In this document: positions 40,151 through 52,980 of the stretch, in pieces | How the letters are laid out: each line of letters opens with the position of its first letter | How positions within the stretch are numbered: position 1 is the first letter of the stretch | Assembly: GCF_963921235.1 (NCBI RefSeq) | Contig: NC_086108.1 | Coordinates: forward strand, 95,048,001 to 95,112,000 | Length of the DNA stretch: 64,000 bases | Direction of reading: 5' to 3' | DNA from: Mobula hypostoma | Lineage: Eukaryota | Notes under the pieces: generated by a model | Seen by the model: only the letters and a program-made list of their open reading frames with translations | Database searches by the model: none | Told to the model about the DNA's origin: nothing | Made by a program: the position numbers and the translations under genes

Positions 40151-40240
40151 AAGGAATGGCTACCAGTGGCATATGCATCTTGTTCATTATCTGATTCTGA
40201 AACAAGGTATGCCCAAATTGAGAAAGAATTGCTCAGCATT

Positions 40241-41316
40241 AGGTAGATAGATAGATAGATAGATATACTTTATTGATCCCGAGGGAAATTGGGTTTCACT
40301 ACAGCTGCACCAACCAAGAATAGAGCATAAATATAGCAATACAAAAACCACAAACAATCAAACAACAATATGCAAACTATGCCAGATGGAAATAAGTCCA
40401 GGACCAGCTTATTGGCTCAGGGTGTCTGACCCTCCACGGGAGGAGATGCAAAGTTCGATGGCCACAGGCAGGAACAACCTCCCGTGACGCCCAGTGTTGT
40501 ATCTCGGTGGAATATGACCGGAGTCCAACAGCAAAAAGTTCAATATCCGGGCTACAAGCACGTTCCTCGATCGTAATATGACCAGGATTGCACCATCCGT
40601 TGTTAACCAGAACAGCAAGCCCCCAATTCCTTTACGCTTACTGCTCTCAGTGCACTTCCGGTCAGCCCGAATGGTCTGGAAGCCCTCCATGGAAAAGTTT
40701 TGGTCAGGTATGTCCACGTGCAGCCACGTTTCAGTAAAACACATAACGCTGCTCTCCCGAAATGTTCTCTGATTCCTGGCTAGCGCCATCAACTTGTCCA
40801 TTTTATTACCCACTGAACTATTCTCCGTAAGTCTCTGTTATCTCGACCTGGTCCTCTTTCCTCGCCTTTTTGATCCCCCTCTGCATCCTCTGTGTGTTTT
40901 CCTCCAGATTTCAGCCGGGGTGTCCACCGCTCTGTTCGCTAAACCGGCCGGCAGAAGCGCAATCAGCTGGTCCCTGGAATAAACAATGCGACCATACTGC
41001 TGCCCCGCTAATGAGATGTGTCCTAATGTAACTGTTTCCAGCGCTAAAAACCCAAATAAAACTCCCTCCACCAGCATGTTAGAGAGGTTGCAGCTTCAAC
41101 GTGTTACCGTGAAAAAAAAATACAACAAATAACGTAAGTTAAAAAAGTAAGAAGAAAAAAGTAAGAAAACTGGTCAGAACGGCTGTAACAGGCTGCATGC
41201 ACCACCGGCGTATTGGATTCGTGACAGAAGCTAAGACAGGTAGGAGAGATTTGCTACTGGAGGTCTATGACTAGTGGTGTGCTTCAGAGATTGGTACTGG
41301 GTCGGTATCGGTACTT
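40241..41316 (-). mobile_element. Internally deleted Rex1-like non-autonomous element, copy 2, plus about 100 bp of foreign sequence
   Basis: Colinear with 26003-26827 including the same EN/C-terminus junction; (ATCT)n tail; Gypsy reading ELLSI|MFACERFH is restored on removal. Confidence 0.85.
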
Positions 41317-42914
41317 ATGTTTGCTTGTGAGAGATTTCATCAGTTTGTGTCAGGGCAAGCTATTGATGTTGAAACTGATCATAAGCCTCTGACTGCATTG
41401 TTTTGCAAACCTTTAAGCAATTGTCCTTTGCGAATTCAGCAAATGGTATTCAAATTGCAAAGATATGCATTGAATGTGTCATACACACCTGACAAATTCA
41501 TGTACATGGCTGACACACTTTCCAGAGCTGTGGATCCAACAACAAAAGACAGTCACAGGGATGCTGTTGATATTCAGGCATTTGTCGATATGATCAGAGA
41601 GACTGTACCTGTTTCTGCTGAGAAGTTGAAACTGCTGCATCTTGAGACAGAGAAGGACAAAATTCTCAGTCAGGTAATACAAGTCGTGATGGATGAATGG
41701 CCAGATAATAGGCATGACTGTACCTCAGAAGTACAAGAATATTGGAACCACAGATCAGAACTCTCTGTTGTGGATGGGATATTGTACAAAGGTAGCAGAA
41801 TTGTAAATCCTAAAACTCTGTGAAAAGAAATGCTTGGGAAAATTCACGAAGGCCACCTAGGTATTGAAAAATGTAAGGGAAGGGCACGGGAAGTGATGTA
41901 TTGGCCCAGGATGAATCAAGAAATTGCAGGATTGGTGCCTTCTTGTCAAATATGCTTTAAATACCAACCTAGCAACCCTAAGGAGCCACTGCATCCACAT
42001 CCTCGTCCTCAGAGACCCTTATCAGAAGGTAGGTGTTGATCTTTTTGTAACTGACAACAAAGATTATCTATTAATAACAGATCACTACTCATTATTTCCC
42101 GAAGTGTGTGGTCTGAGCAGAACAACTGCAGAGAATGTAATTACATGCATGAAGTCAGTTTTTTTCCAGACATGGTGTACCTGATGAAGTTTTCACAGAC
42201 AATGGTCCATAATTCAATGGTGAATGCATGAGACATTTTGCTCGTGAATGGGTCTTTGTTCATACAATATCTAGTCCATTTTTCCCTCAGTCCAATGGAT
42301 TAGTTGAGAAGTCGGTAGGAATTATCAAGAAACTGATGCACGAAGCAAAGGGTAGTGGAGGTGATTTTTATAAAGCTTTGTTAGCCTATCATAGTACTCC
42401 ACTTAAATGTGGATTTTCACCTTCTCAGCCCTTTGATGGGATGTTGTTTGAGATCCAATCTGCCAATAGATGAGAGCCTTCTGAGAACAGAGGAAGGCGA
42501 ACAAGTGAAAAGATGGAAAGATGAACACAAAGCAAAGCAGAAAACATACTTTGACAAAAGTTCTCGTTCATTACCTGAACTGCACCAAGGAGATGAGGTG
42601 AGGATACAAGACAAAATGAACACGTGGACACAGAAAGCTACAGCACTTGAAGAGGTACAACCCAGATCATACATGGTCCAAACAGAAGAAGGTGCAGGTT
42701 AAGAAGAAATCGTAAAGACCTTAAGAAAGAGCCAACTTCAGAGCTTCAGTTAACTGATGCAGACCAGACAAAACATGGAAATAACAACGAAACACAAGAA
42801 CTGTGTGAACCACTTAGAAGGTCCACTCATGTCCGTAAACCCCCAGAGAGACTGATAGAAACATGTTAAATTATGCATTTGCTCTGGTCAATGTTGTTAA
42901 TTGTTTTTCTTTTT

Positions 42915-42927
42915 AAGGAAAGGAAGA
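42915..42927 (+). promoter_or_regulatory. Polypurine tract of Gypsy B
   Basis: AAGGAAAGGAAGA immediately before the 3' LTR. Confidence 0.85.
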
Positions 42928-43494
42928 TGTGGTGATATCACGTGTCAGAACGTGATTGGAAAGAGCTCTGAGCATGCGCAGAAATGATAGAATGATCGAG
43001 AACATGGTACTATAAAAACGTGGTTTGACTGTTGCTGTAAATAAAAGTTCTATTTCTTCCAGAACATGATTCTTTATTAGTAACCCATGGTATGTATAAA
43101 TATAAAGAACGCAACAACATTCATCCGTCATCTCCTTATTAGTTCCCCACTTTCTACGGCATCTGTGTTTGTTAGACACATGGGTTATGACCAAAGGAAA
43201 ATAGCCGGAGTCACTTAGCACTTTAGCGCAAGAGTGTTTTTTAGGTGTGTCAAAAATCAAACTTTCAGAAATTAGCAAAAATAATGAAAAGAAAACTGCC
43301 AATATTTATGAAAGATACTTACCAGAAAACACAATAGCTCCGTGCTTATTTTTCTCCTGCAGCCCCTATCTCTCTCCCCCTACTGAGGGGGATGAGCTCC
43401 TTTTTTTAGGCTTTCGGACATACCATCTTTAATTACTAACAAAATTAACTTCAGGCTACACATGAATTAGAATATGATGAACTCCACGATGTAA

Positions 43495-44500
43495 CGATCA
43501 ACACTGGCGCACCTCAGGGGTGTGTGCTTAGCCCACTGCTCTACTCTCTATATACACATGACTGTGTGGCTAGGCATAGCTCAAATACCATCTACAAATT
43601 TGCTGATGATGCAACCATTGTTGGTAGAATCTCAGGTGGTGACGAGAGGGCGTACAGGAGTGAGATATGCCAACTAGTGGAGTGGTACCGCAGAAACAAC
43701 CTGGCACTCAGCGTCAGTAAAATGAAAGAGCTGATTGTGGACTTCAGGAAGGGTAAGACGAAGGACACATACCAATCCTCATTGAGGGATCAGAAGTGGA
43801 GAATGTGAGCAAATTCAAGTTCCTCGGTGTCAAGATCTCTGAGGATCTAACCTGGTCCCAACGTATCGATGTAGTTATAAAGAAGGTAAGACAGCTGTTA
43901 TACATTATTAGGAGTTTGAAGAGATTTGGCATGTCAACAAATACACTGAAAAACTTCTATAGTTGTACCATGGAGAGCATTTTGACAGACTGCATCACTG
44001 TCTGGTATGGAGGGGCTACTGCACAGGACCAAAGAAGCTGCAGAAGGTTGTAAATCTAGTCAGTTCCATCTTGGGTACTAGCCTACAAAGTACCCAGGAC
44101 ATCTTTAGGGAGAAGTGTCTCAGAAAAGCAGCGTCCATTATTAAGGATCTCCAGCACCCAAGGCATGCCCTTTTCTCACTGTTACTATCAGGTAGGATGT
44201 ACAGAAGGCTGAAGGCACACACTCAGCGATTCAGGAACATCTTCTTCCCCTCTGCTATCCGATTCCTAAATGGACATTGAATCTTTTGACACTACCTCAC
44301 TTTTTTTTAATATACAGTATTTCAGTGTTTGCACATTTTTTAATCTATTCAATATATGAAATTGATTTACTTGTTTATTTTTATTATTATTTTATTTATT
44401 ATTATTTTTTCTCTGCTAGATTATGTATTGCATTGAACTGCCGCTAAGTTAACAAATTTCACATCACATGCCGGTGATAATAAACCTGATTCTGATTCTC
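43495..44500 (+). mobile_element. Rex1/Babar-like LINE, 3' part
   Basis: NTGAPQGCVLSPLLYSLYTHDC, KFADDATIVG, FKFLG, RFRNIFFPSAIRFLN; tail CTGATTCTGATTCT. Confidence 0.92.
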
Positions 44501-47500
44501 TATAATCATATTACAAAATAAGCAGATGTGTCTACATTAAATACAGTATACAGACAAAATATATACATTTCGCTGATTAAAGCAACAAGGAAGATTGAAA
44601 CATCCAGCTGAATGTAAAAGGTGAGCGCCGGCTGCCTGTGTTTCGATCGCTGGTGTGATCACTCTGCTGTCGCAGTGGAAAAAATGCCTTTTGATCCGTG
44701 TTGGGATTGCTCTACTACGGAGAGGGAAAGGCCTGCCACTGTGCCCAGAGAATGTTACCCATGTTTTCTGCATTTTGAATATGGACTTGGACTATATATA
44801 CTTTTCTCAGACTTATTGTGTTTTATATTCTGTGTCTTTCTCCTCATCTTTCTCACTTTTTTTGTGTGCAGGGGACGGTATTTGGGGATTGATGTGCCTG
44901 TTCTGTTTTTGTGTGGGGAGGAGGGATTTGGGGGTTTATGATAATGCTGCTGTTCTTTTCCCTCTTGGTTTCATGCCTATCTGGAGAAGAAGAACTTCAG
45001 AGTTGTATACTTTGATAATAAATGAACCTTTGAACCTTTACATATCACTATTATTAAAGGAATAGAATACTCCGCTGTGTATGGCGGGAAAGGCACCACA
45101 AAGCCAACCCGAGCGCATCAACTTGGTTCAGAACCCATTGTGAGAACTTACTGGGGAAAGACATTGAAGTGCCTACACTCAGCCCAATGATAAGGCAGTG
45201 TGTGTGTGCGTGTGCATGAGTGCATGTGTAAGAAGTGCTTATACCGAGTGCTCACCGCCACTGTGTTCACCTTTTTAAAAATTAATTTTTAATATGATAA
45301 AATGACACATGCAGCTGTGGGAAACTCTCTATTTCAGAAGATATTAGAAGAAATAAACAAAATAGTCAAAGTTTTGCATTAAAGGTCATATTAAACAAAG
45401 CAGGGGTAAAGATGTAGAGAGGTTTTTGAAGATACACTCAGTAGCAACGTTATCAAGTACAGGAATGGAACCCAGTGTGTCTTCTGCTGCTGTAGCCCAT
45501 CCACTTCAAGGGTCAATGTGTTGTGCATTCACAGATGCTCTTCTGCACACCACTGTTGTTATCTGAGTTACTGTCACCTTCTTGTCAGCTTGAACCAGTC
45601 TGGCCATTCTCCTCTGACCCCCCTCATTAACAAGGTGTTTTTACCCATGGATCTGCTGCTCACTGGATGTTTTTCATTCGGCACCACTCCCCATAAACTC
45701 CAGAGACTGTTGTGGATGAAACTTACAGCAGTTTCTGAGTTACTCAAACCACCCCATCTGGCACCAGCAGTCAAAGTTACTTAGATCACATTTCTTCACC
45801 TTTGAACAACAGCTGAACCCCTTGGCCATGTCTGCATGCTGTTAAGAATTGAGTTACAGCCATATGATTGGCTGATTAGATATTTGCATTAACTAGCAGG
45901 CGTACCTAATAAAGTGGCCAAATGGTGTATCTAGTTTGTGCCCTCAGTGCACAGAAGAAAGATTTCTGAAGTTATACCACTGTGAATAGGGATTGAACAG
46001 GAGTTGAAACAGAATCTTGATTACTCATATAAATGAGATTTAGTTCCAAACCCCTATGGACAGTGCAGTACAGTGCTTGCTGCTGGATTCTTACAATATT
46101 ACCACATCCAAAGTTAAAAGTAAAATTTATTATCAAAGTATGTAGATGTCACTATATAACGTTGAAAGTAAATGTTATCATCGAAGTACGAATATCACCA
46201 TATACAACCCTGAGATTCATTTTCTTGTCGGCATGCACAGTAGAACTAGGAAATCATTGAAAAATTACACACAAAGATTGACAACCAATGTGCAAAAGAA
46301 GACAATTTGTGCAAATATAATAAACAAACAAACAAACACATTAATCATACTGAAAACCTGACCTGTTGAGTCCTTGAAAATGAGTCCATAGCTTGTGGAA
46401 TCTTTTCAGAGTTGAGGTGAGCACCATTTCATATTCAAAGGTTCAAGTGTTCTTTTTATTATTAAAGTATGTACGCAGAATATAACTCTTGAGATTCATT
46501 TTCTCCAGGTAGCCATAAAATACAGAAAAGCAATGGTAGTCCCCACCCGCACGATAAAGAAAAAGAAACAAAACTCGCAAACCCAAACCCCCCAACCTCT
46601 CCCTCACACAAAAACTAAGAGATCGCCCACCTGGACACGGCAGCTGAAACATCAAACCCCCTCACCCTGAAGCTCCTCAGCACACAAAAAAACAGCGAAA
46701 ATAACATCAAGCACCCAACCCCTCTCTCACCCAAAAAAGTAACATATCACTACCCACCGATCAGTAACAAGAAAGAAAATGCAGAAAAATTGAAGGAGAC
46801 TAAGATAACAACATAATATATAAATCTTCTAGTACAATATGTTGTGGAAGTCTTTACACTGGTCTATTAAAGATTTTCGGGGGGGGCACCTCACTGTATG
46901 TAAAATGAAGGGGAGGAATAGGAAGAGCAGTCTTTTTTATAGGATTCATGAATTGAAAACTAGAGGACGTGCTTTTAAGGTTTTACAGTAGGTGAAAGTC
47001 ATAATAAGAACTTTATTACACAGAGGGTGGTAGATGTGTTGAACCAGCTCCCAGAGGAAGTGGTTGAGTCGGGAATGTTGGATACCTTTAAGAGGTCAAT
47101 GGGCAGGTATATAGACGACAAGAGTTTCAGGGATATGGGCCAAGTGCTCGGAAATGAGATTAGATTGAATATATACAATTGAATCCTGGTGATTTTGTGA
47201 TCCAAAGGTTTTTCAGAAGAGTGAGGCATAGGACTTGTTGGTTACAGACATTTATGAAGTGCTATAAAAAAGCAGCACTGTCCATCAAAGGTAATGCTCT
47301 CCCCTCCCTTGAGCACATTGACAAGAAGTGCTGCACAAGAAAGCAGCATCCATCGTTAAGGATCCCCACCATGTTCTATCTCACTACTACCACCAGGTAG
47401 GATCAGGAGCCTTAGGTCCCACACCGCCAGGTTCAGGAACAGTTCTTACTCTACAACCGTCACACTCCTGAATCAGCATGAATAACTTCACTCACCTCAA

Positions 47501-48384
47501 CTCTGAACCGATTGCATAACCTACACACTCAATTTCTAGAAATCTCCAATTAATATTCTCAGTATTTTTAAAATTTATGCTATGTGTCTTCATTTGTACA
47601 TTGGCTATTTTTCAGTCTTTATGCATAGTTTTTCATAAATTCTATTTTTTAAAATTTTCCTGTAAATGCCTCTAAGAAAATGAATCTTAAGGCAGTATAT
47701 GGTGACATGTATGTACTTTGAAAATAAATTTACTTTGATTTCGAACTCCTGCAGTGATGTCCTGGGCTTGGATGACTGACCTCCAAAAAAAACACAATCA
47801 GCTTTCTTTAATTTCCTTGTATTTCTTCCCGTGTGCTGCATCTTATCAAAGTTAGTACGGTGAGGGGCGGCAACTACTGCAAATGTGAAGGAGTACAGGA
47901 TGGGGCAGTGCTCAAGCCGATACATACACTGAGTAAGAGTTCCAGTCTCCCAACACTGTCTGTGAGGGGGTTGTACATTCTCCCTGTGGCCGCGTTCATT
48001 TCCTCCGGGCGCTCCGGTTTCCTCCCACAGTCCAGAAGGGAAGGTAGGTTAATTGGTCATTGTAAAATTGTCCTGTGATCAGGCGAGGGTTAAATCTGGG
48101 TTTGCATGGTTCGAAGGGCCAGAAGAGCCTACTTTGCCCTGTATCTCAACAAATAAATGAATAAATACAAAATGCTTAGACAAAAGCCATTCAGAATCCT
48201 TCCTGTAACAAGGTGAAACTGAACACAATACTCCGTGGGCCCTCACCAATGTCTTGTACAATTGCATCATAACCTGTCAACTTCCCTAATGCCTGGCATG
48301 ACAAAGAAAGCCTTCTTCATAGATAGATGGGGGGGGGTCATCACTTCCCCAGCTATAGCTTGACCCATTATACAGCCTAATGGC

Positions 48385-49062
48385 TCAAGGTAAGAATAAC
48401 CTCATATAGCACTTTTTGGAGCAGCACAGTTGTCTTAGTCTATTACTAAAAGTGATCCTCTGTTCAGCCAAGGTGGCATGCAGAGGGTGAGAAGCATTGT
48501 CCAGAATTGCCAGGATATTCTGTAGGGACCTTTGTTCTACCACAGCCTCCAGTGTGTCCAGATTGACTTCTATAACATAGCCAGACTTTCTAATCAGTTT
48601 ATTGAGCCTGCTGGCATCACCCATGTCAATGCTATTGCCCCAGTACACCACTGCATAGAAGATTGTACTAGTGACAACAGACTGGTAGGACATGTGGAAG
48701 AGAGGCCTGCATACTCCAAATGACTTCAGGCAACTCTAGCCCTTCTTGTCCACAGCCTCTGTGTTGGTGCTCCACTCAAGTCTGTCATCTGGATGCACTC
48801 ACAAGGTACTTGTGGTACATCCACATCCACATTCTCACCATCAAACGTAACAGGGAGCAGTACAGGCTTAGTCTCCGTAAAGTCCATCATCATCTCCTTT
48901 GTCTTACTGATGTTCAGTTAGCACCATTTGACAAAGCCCTCAACCAGGGCCCTGTATTCATCCTTCCGTTCTCCCCAACTATTGCTGAGTCGTCAGGGAA
49001 TTTCTGCAGATGACATGACTCGTGTTAAGTCTGAGGTGTACAGGGTAAACAGGAAGGGGAAC
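48385..49062 (-). mobile_element. Rex1-like LINE RT fragment (second subfamily)
   Basis: PLLFTLYTSD, LQKFPDDSAIVG, LNISKTKEMMMDF, YQSVVTSTIFYAVVYWG, ILDNASHPLH. Confidence 0.8.
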
Positions 49063-49779
49063 TGGTTGAAATGTGCAAAATTCTTGTGGGATGTCACAGA
49101 GTAAATGCAGCAATGGTGTTTCCTTGAGCTGGGCCGTTTGAAATGAAGGCTCACGGCCTCAAAATATGGCGTTGATCATTCAACGTACAACATAAAAAGT
49201 TTTTCCACCAAGTGGACCGTGAGTCTTTGAGCTGTAGGATTTCAGTGCCTGAGATCAAAAGACATTTTGAAACTAGGGAAATGTAAGGGGTTAGTTCGGG
49301 AAAATGGCACCGAGGTAAAAAAAAATCATTCATGGTCTTTTTGAACGGCAGAGTTGGAATAAGATGCCAAATACTGTAGCAAGTTTCTATGTCACATTTG
49401 ATCTATTGTCTGCAGCAGTTCACGTTTGCAGCGTGTTCCGATCCTCCTTCCTGCATTGCCCCAAATCAAGAAAGAGTTGATTCAGCCTTTTGTTGCAATG
49501 TCTGGGATCAGGACAGTATTTTGTCTGGCTCCTTATTGCCTTGCCCACGATACGTTCGGCCCCTTACTGCGTTGCCTAGACTCAGATCCTCGGTGTATTC
49601 TTGTCTTGCTGCACTGCCCGGGCAGAAGACTGCAATATATTCTGCATCTGACGTCTGTTTTGCCCCTTAACTGTGCTGCGCCTTTTCCGGATTGCAGTAT
49701 GTCCTGCACCTGATGCACTGCCTTAAAACTGGCAACTGTTTTCTCCTTACACTGCACCGACTCAGGATTGCACTACGTT

Positions 49780-50305
49780 CCGCACTCGCTCACTAACTCG
49801 GGACGTCACCGCACCTGCTCCAGACTGCGGTGTTTACTGCCACTTGCTGCGCTAGCTACGGAGCGGCAGCTGTCCTCCACTCTGCACCGCCTCGCTCGGG
49901 ACTGCTCACTTCCTCGCCCGTACCCTGCTCCACCAGCCCGGCATCGCCGCCGTCCACGCAGGCAGCACCTCCACGAGTGCGAGACCCCAGCACACGGGAG
50001 GGGAGGGGCGTGTCCCGTGACGTCACCTGACCAAGCCCCGCCCACCCGACCCGGCTGGCCGCCGAGTTTGGCAACGGGCGGGGGGGTTATCCCGGGCGGC
50101 TGAGCAAGCGGAGGTACGCGGGGAGCGCAGTCCGGCCTCAGGGCGCACTTGAACCGTGGGCCGTTCACCTCGCCGGCGCCCATGGGAAGTTAATCTTTGA
50201 AAGGACGGCGAGAGAGGTGGCGGGTGCAATCCTTCCAAGGTAAGGGCCGGCCGTTTAATCATTAACCAGCGGGGGGGCGGGCGGTTGGGGGCCCCGTGGG
50301 CCGGC

Positions 50306-50342
<37 letters not shown>

Positions 50343-50700
50343 TCCGCTCTCGAGTCCCGGCCCTTCTATCCCCAACTCAAGTGTGGGAGCTGTCTCCTGG
50401 CGCTTCGGCAGTCCGGGCTGCTGGCCAGCGGGCTTTCCAAAACTCGGACAGGCGAAGGAGTCAGTCGACCGTAGGCCCGAGACTGGCTCTAACTCTGTAC
50501 CCGGAGGGCGGCCGCTGTCTTTCCCTGGGGAGCATTTGGGGGACGTGAGGGTGCGCAGGGCCAGTGTTGTACTGGGTGATTTGTTTATATTTGAGTCCCT
50601 GCTGTGCCCTGCGTAGTACAGCCAGGCCTGATTTCTAAACAGCCCCACTTGCTTCTGTGCCAGCTTGCTCGCAAGCTGAGCCTGGAAATGTGAAAAATCG
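49780..50700. promoter_or_regulatory. CpG-island promoter, probably bidirectional
   Basis: The only non-repeat GC/CpG-rich block in the window. Palindrome GTGACGTCAC (CRE/ATF) at 50017-50026, GC boxes at about 50005, 50036 and 50076. Plus-strand donor CAAG|GTAAGG (50239/50240); minus-strand donor candidate GAGCAG|GTGCGG (49815/49814). Confidence 0.82.
50308..50341. repeat. (GCCA)n microsatellite in putative intron 1
   Basis: Directly visible, about 8 units. Confidence 0.9.
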
Positions 50701-51534
50701 TCATTTATACTTGATCGTTTTCTTCAGCGCTTTTTTCCCCCCGAGTGCAATCCAGGGGGCGATTTAAACTAGTGTATGTGTGTTGCTACTCATTTAAAAC
50801 GATCGTTTAATAAAACTTCCTTTGCCCCTGAATATTTCAGTATATTGGTTTGTAGTTGGTATGTTGAAACGAAATTCAGCGTTTTGTTGCCTGCTTGACA
50901 TTGTATTAAATACCACATCAGTATAGCAACTGAAGTGAAATTTTGTGGTGTGTGCAGTTTTATACTCGTCTTGGTTTTGTGGTTTGTTTCAGTGTTGTAG
51001 CAGGTTCTTCTGCATATGTCGGACTTATTTTTAAGCAGCTGTAGATTGATGTATTTAGTGTAATAAACTGGTGCAGAATAAGGGAGTGATTTGGTGTAAT
51101 GCCATTTCGTCTCTCACTACTAAACGTTAGTCTAATTTGGAATTGGTGGTGATGTTATTTCCTCCTACCATCCTGTGCACCCCTTCGCCTATCACTTGTT
51201 TGAATGTTTTTGCAGCACTAAACCATTACTAAACAATTCTTAGACTGATATTTTCAAACCGTTCTCTTTGTGCTGTCAGTAATTTAGTACAGTAATTCTT
51301 TTACAATGTGCCCAGTTGGACAATGAGTTTCTGTAAACACTACTGTACAAGGAACTTTCAGCCCATTCCTGTGCTCTCAGTTCCTTGAAACCTTACCTGT
51401 TTAGGACACTGAGGTCAATTATAGAACTCACATTGTGATTCGAGGTGCCTGATTTTTCTGAAATGAAAAGTGGTCAGTATAAGCAGAAAAATGTTGGGGA
51501 ACTCACTGACACTGACTTGACAATTAGTGAAATA

Positions 51535-52980
51535 TAAATCAGAATTAAATTTAATACCACTGGTATATGTTGTGATATTTGTTATGTATCAGCAGTAGTT
51601 TGGAACATATTAGGAAAAACATGAATGACATTAATTGTATGTACATTAAATAGTTAAATTAAATAAGTAGTACAAAAATGGAAATAAAAAATAATTTGGT
51701 AGTGTTCATGATTTCAATGTCCATTCAGAAATCAGATGGCGGGGGGAAGAAGCTGTTCCTGAATCATTGTGTGTGTGACTTCACACTTCTGTTCCTCCTT
51801 CCTGGTGGTAGCAATGAGAACAAGGCATGACATGGGTGATGGGAGTCCTTCATGATATATGCCGCCTTTTTGAGGCACCACTCCTTTAAGATGTCCTGGA
51901 TACTATGGAGGCTAGTGCCCATGATAGTGTTGACTGGAGAAACTTCTGAAATGCCTTCTTCACTGCCGCTGCTGCTGTGTAATCCAAAATCTCCGGAGGA
52001 GAAGGCCCTGAGGCTTGTTGCTCGGCAGCCGGGGCAGGGTCGAAACGCTCGGCAGAGGATGGTGCTTGGGAGGCTGTATCAGAGGGGCTGGTCGGAGGCT
52101 CAAAGTTTTCGATGGACTCAGAGTTGGCTGTAGTCGGGTGCTTCCAATGCATCGGCAGTTGTCGGCGCCTGGAGGTTTATGGCAGGGAGAGTTTCTCCCT
52201 TCTGCTGCCTACTATCAGGACTATCGGGAGTCCATCGGAACTTTGAGACTTTTTTTTTTACCGTGCCCATGGTCTGCTGTTTATCAAATTATGGTATTGC
52301 TTTGCACTGCTGTAACTATATATTATAATTATGTGGTCTTGTCAGTGTTAGTCTTTGGTTTGTCCTGTTTTTTTTGTGATATCACTCTGGAGGAACATTG
52401 TATCATTTCTTAATGCATGCATTTCTAAATGACAATAGATGAGGACTAAGTGTCCTCATAATCTAATCTAGTAGCCCTTCATCCCCCGCCCCCCCGTACC
52501 ACATGGTGATGCGACCAGTTAGAATGCTGTCCACAGTATATCTATAGAAGCTTCGGAGTGTTTCAGTTGACATACCAAATTTCCTCCAACTCCTGATGAA
52601 ATATAGCTGCTGTTGGCTGCATTGCTATGCTGGGTCCAGGTTAGATCCTCTGAGATATTGACACCCAGGAACATGAAATTGCACACTCTTCCACTTCTGA
52701 TCCATCTGAGGACTGGTGTGTGTGTTTCCTCATCTTACCCTTTCTGAAGACCACAGTCAGTTCTTTAGTCTTACTGACATGAGTGCAAAATCGTTGCTGT
52801 GGCACCACTCAACCTGCTGATGTATCTCACTCCTGTACACCCTCTTGTTACCATCTGAAAATCTCCCAACAGTGGTTGTATCATCAGTGATTTATAGGTG
52901 GCATTTGTGCTGTGCCTAGCAACACAGTCATGGCTATAGAGAGAGACTGGAACAGTGGGTTAAGCACACATCCTTGAGGT
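51535..52980 (-). mobile_element. Rex1/Babar-like LINE 3' part, interrupted by a plus-strand non-coding element (about 51932-52470) with an (ATCTA)n tail
   Basis: Homologous to 15584-16640 on both sides of the insertion. Confidence 0.8.

Larger units (their letters stand above)
33053..43116 (+). mobile_element. Gypsy/Ty3 LTR retrotransposon B, full structure with four nested insertions
   Basis: LTRs TG...CA at 33053-33224 and 42928-43116; TSD ATATT/ACATT; PBS and PPT present. gag with two zinc knuckles (CDHCGRQHWPKQC, CNDCSKSNHFSRCC). Protease KLDTGAQVN, RT SSGFWQL..LPFGIVSAPE..SIDDII, RNaseH CDASQVGLGAVL..YAQIEKELL..TDHKPL. Integrase HHCC (HEGHLG..CQIC) and D-D-E (VDLF, TDNGP, SNGLVEK). Frameshifted. 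Confidence 0.96.

Noticed and set aside
49768..50648. Multiple ORFs of 66-128 aa on both strands
   Set aside because: Expected from stop-codon scarcity in a CpG island; low-complexity products, one driven by the (GCCA)n repeat.
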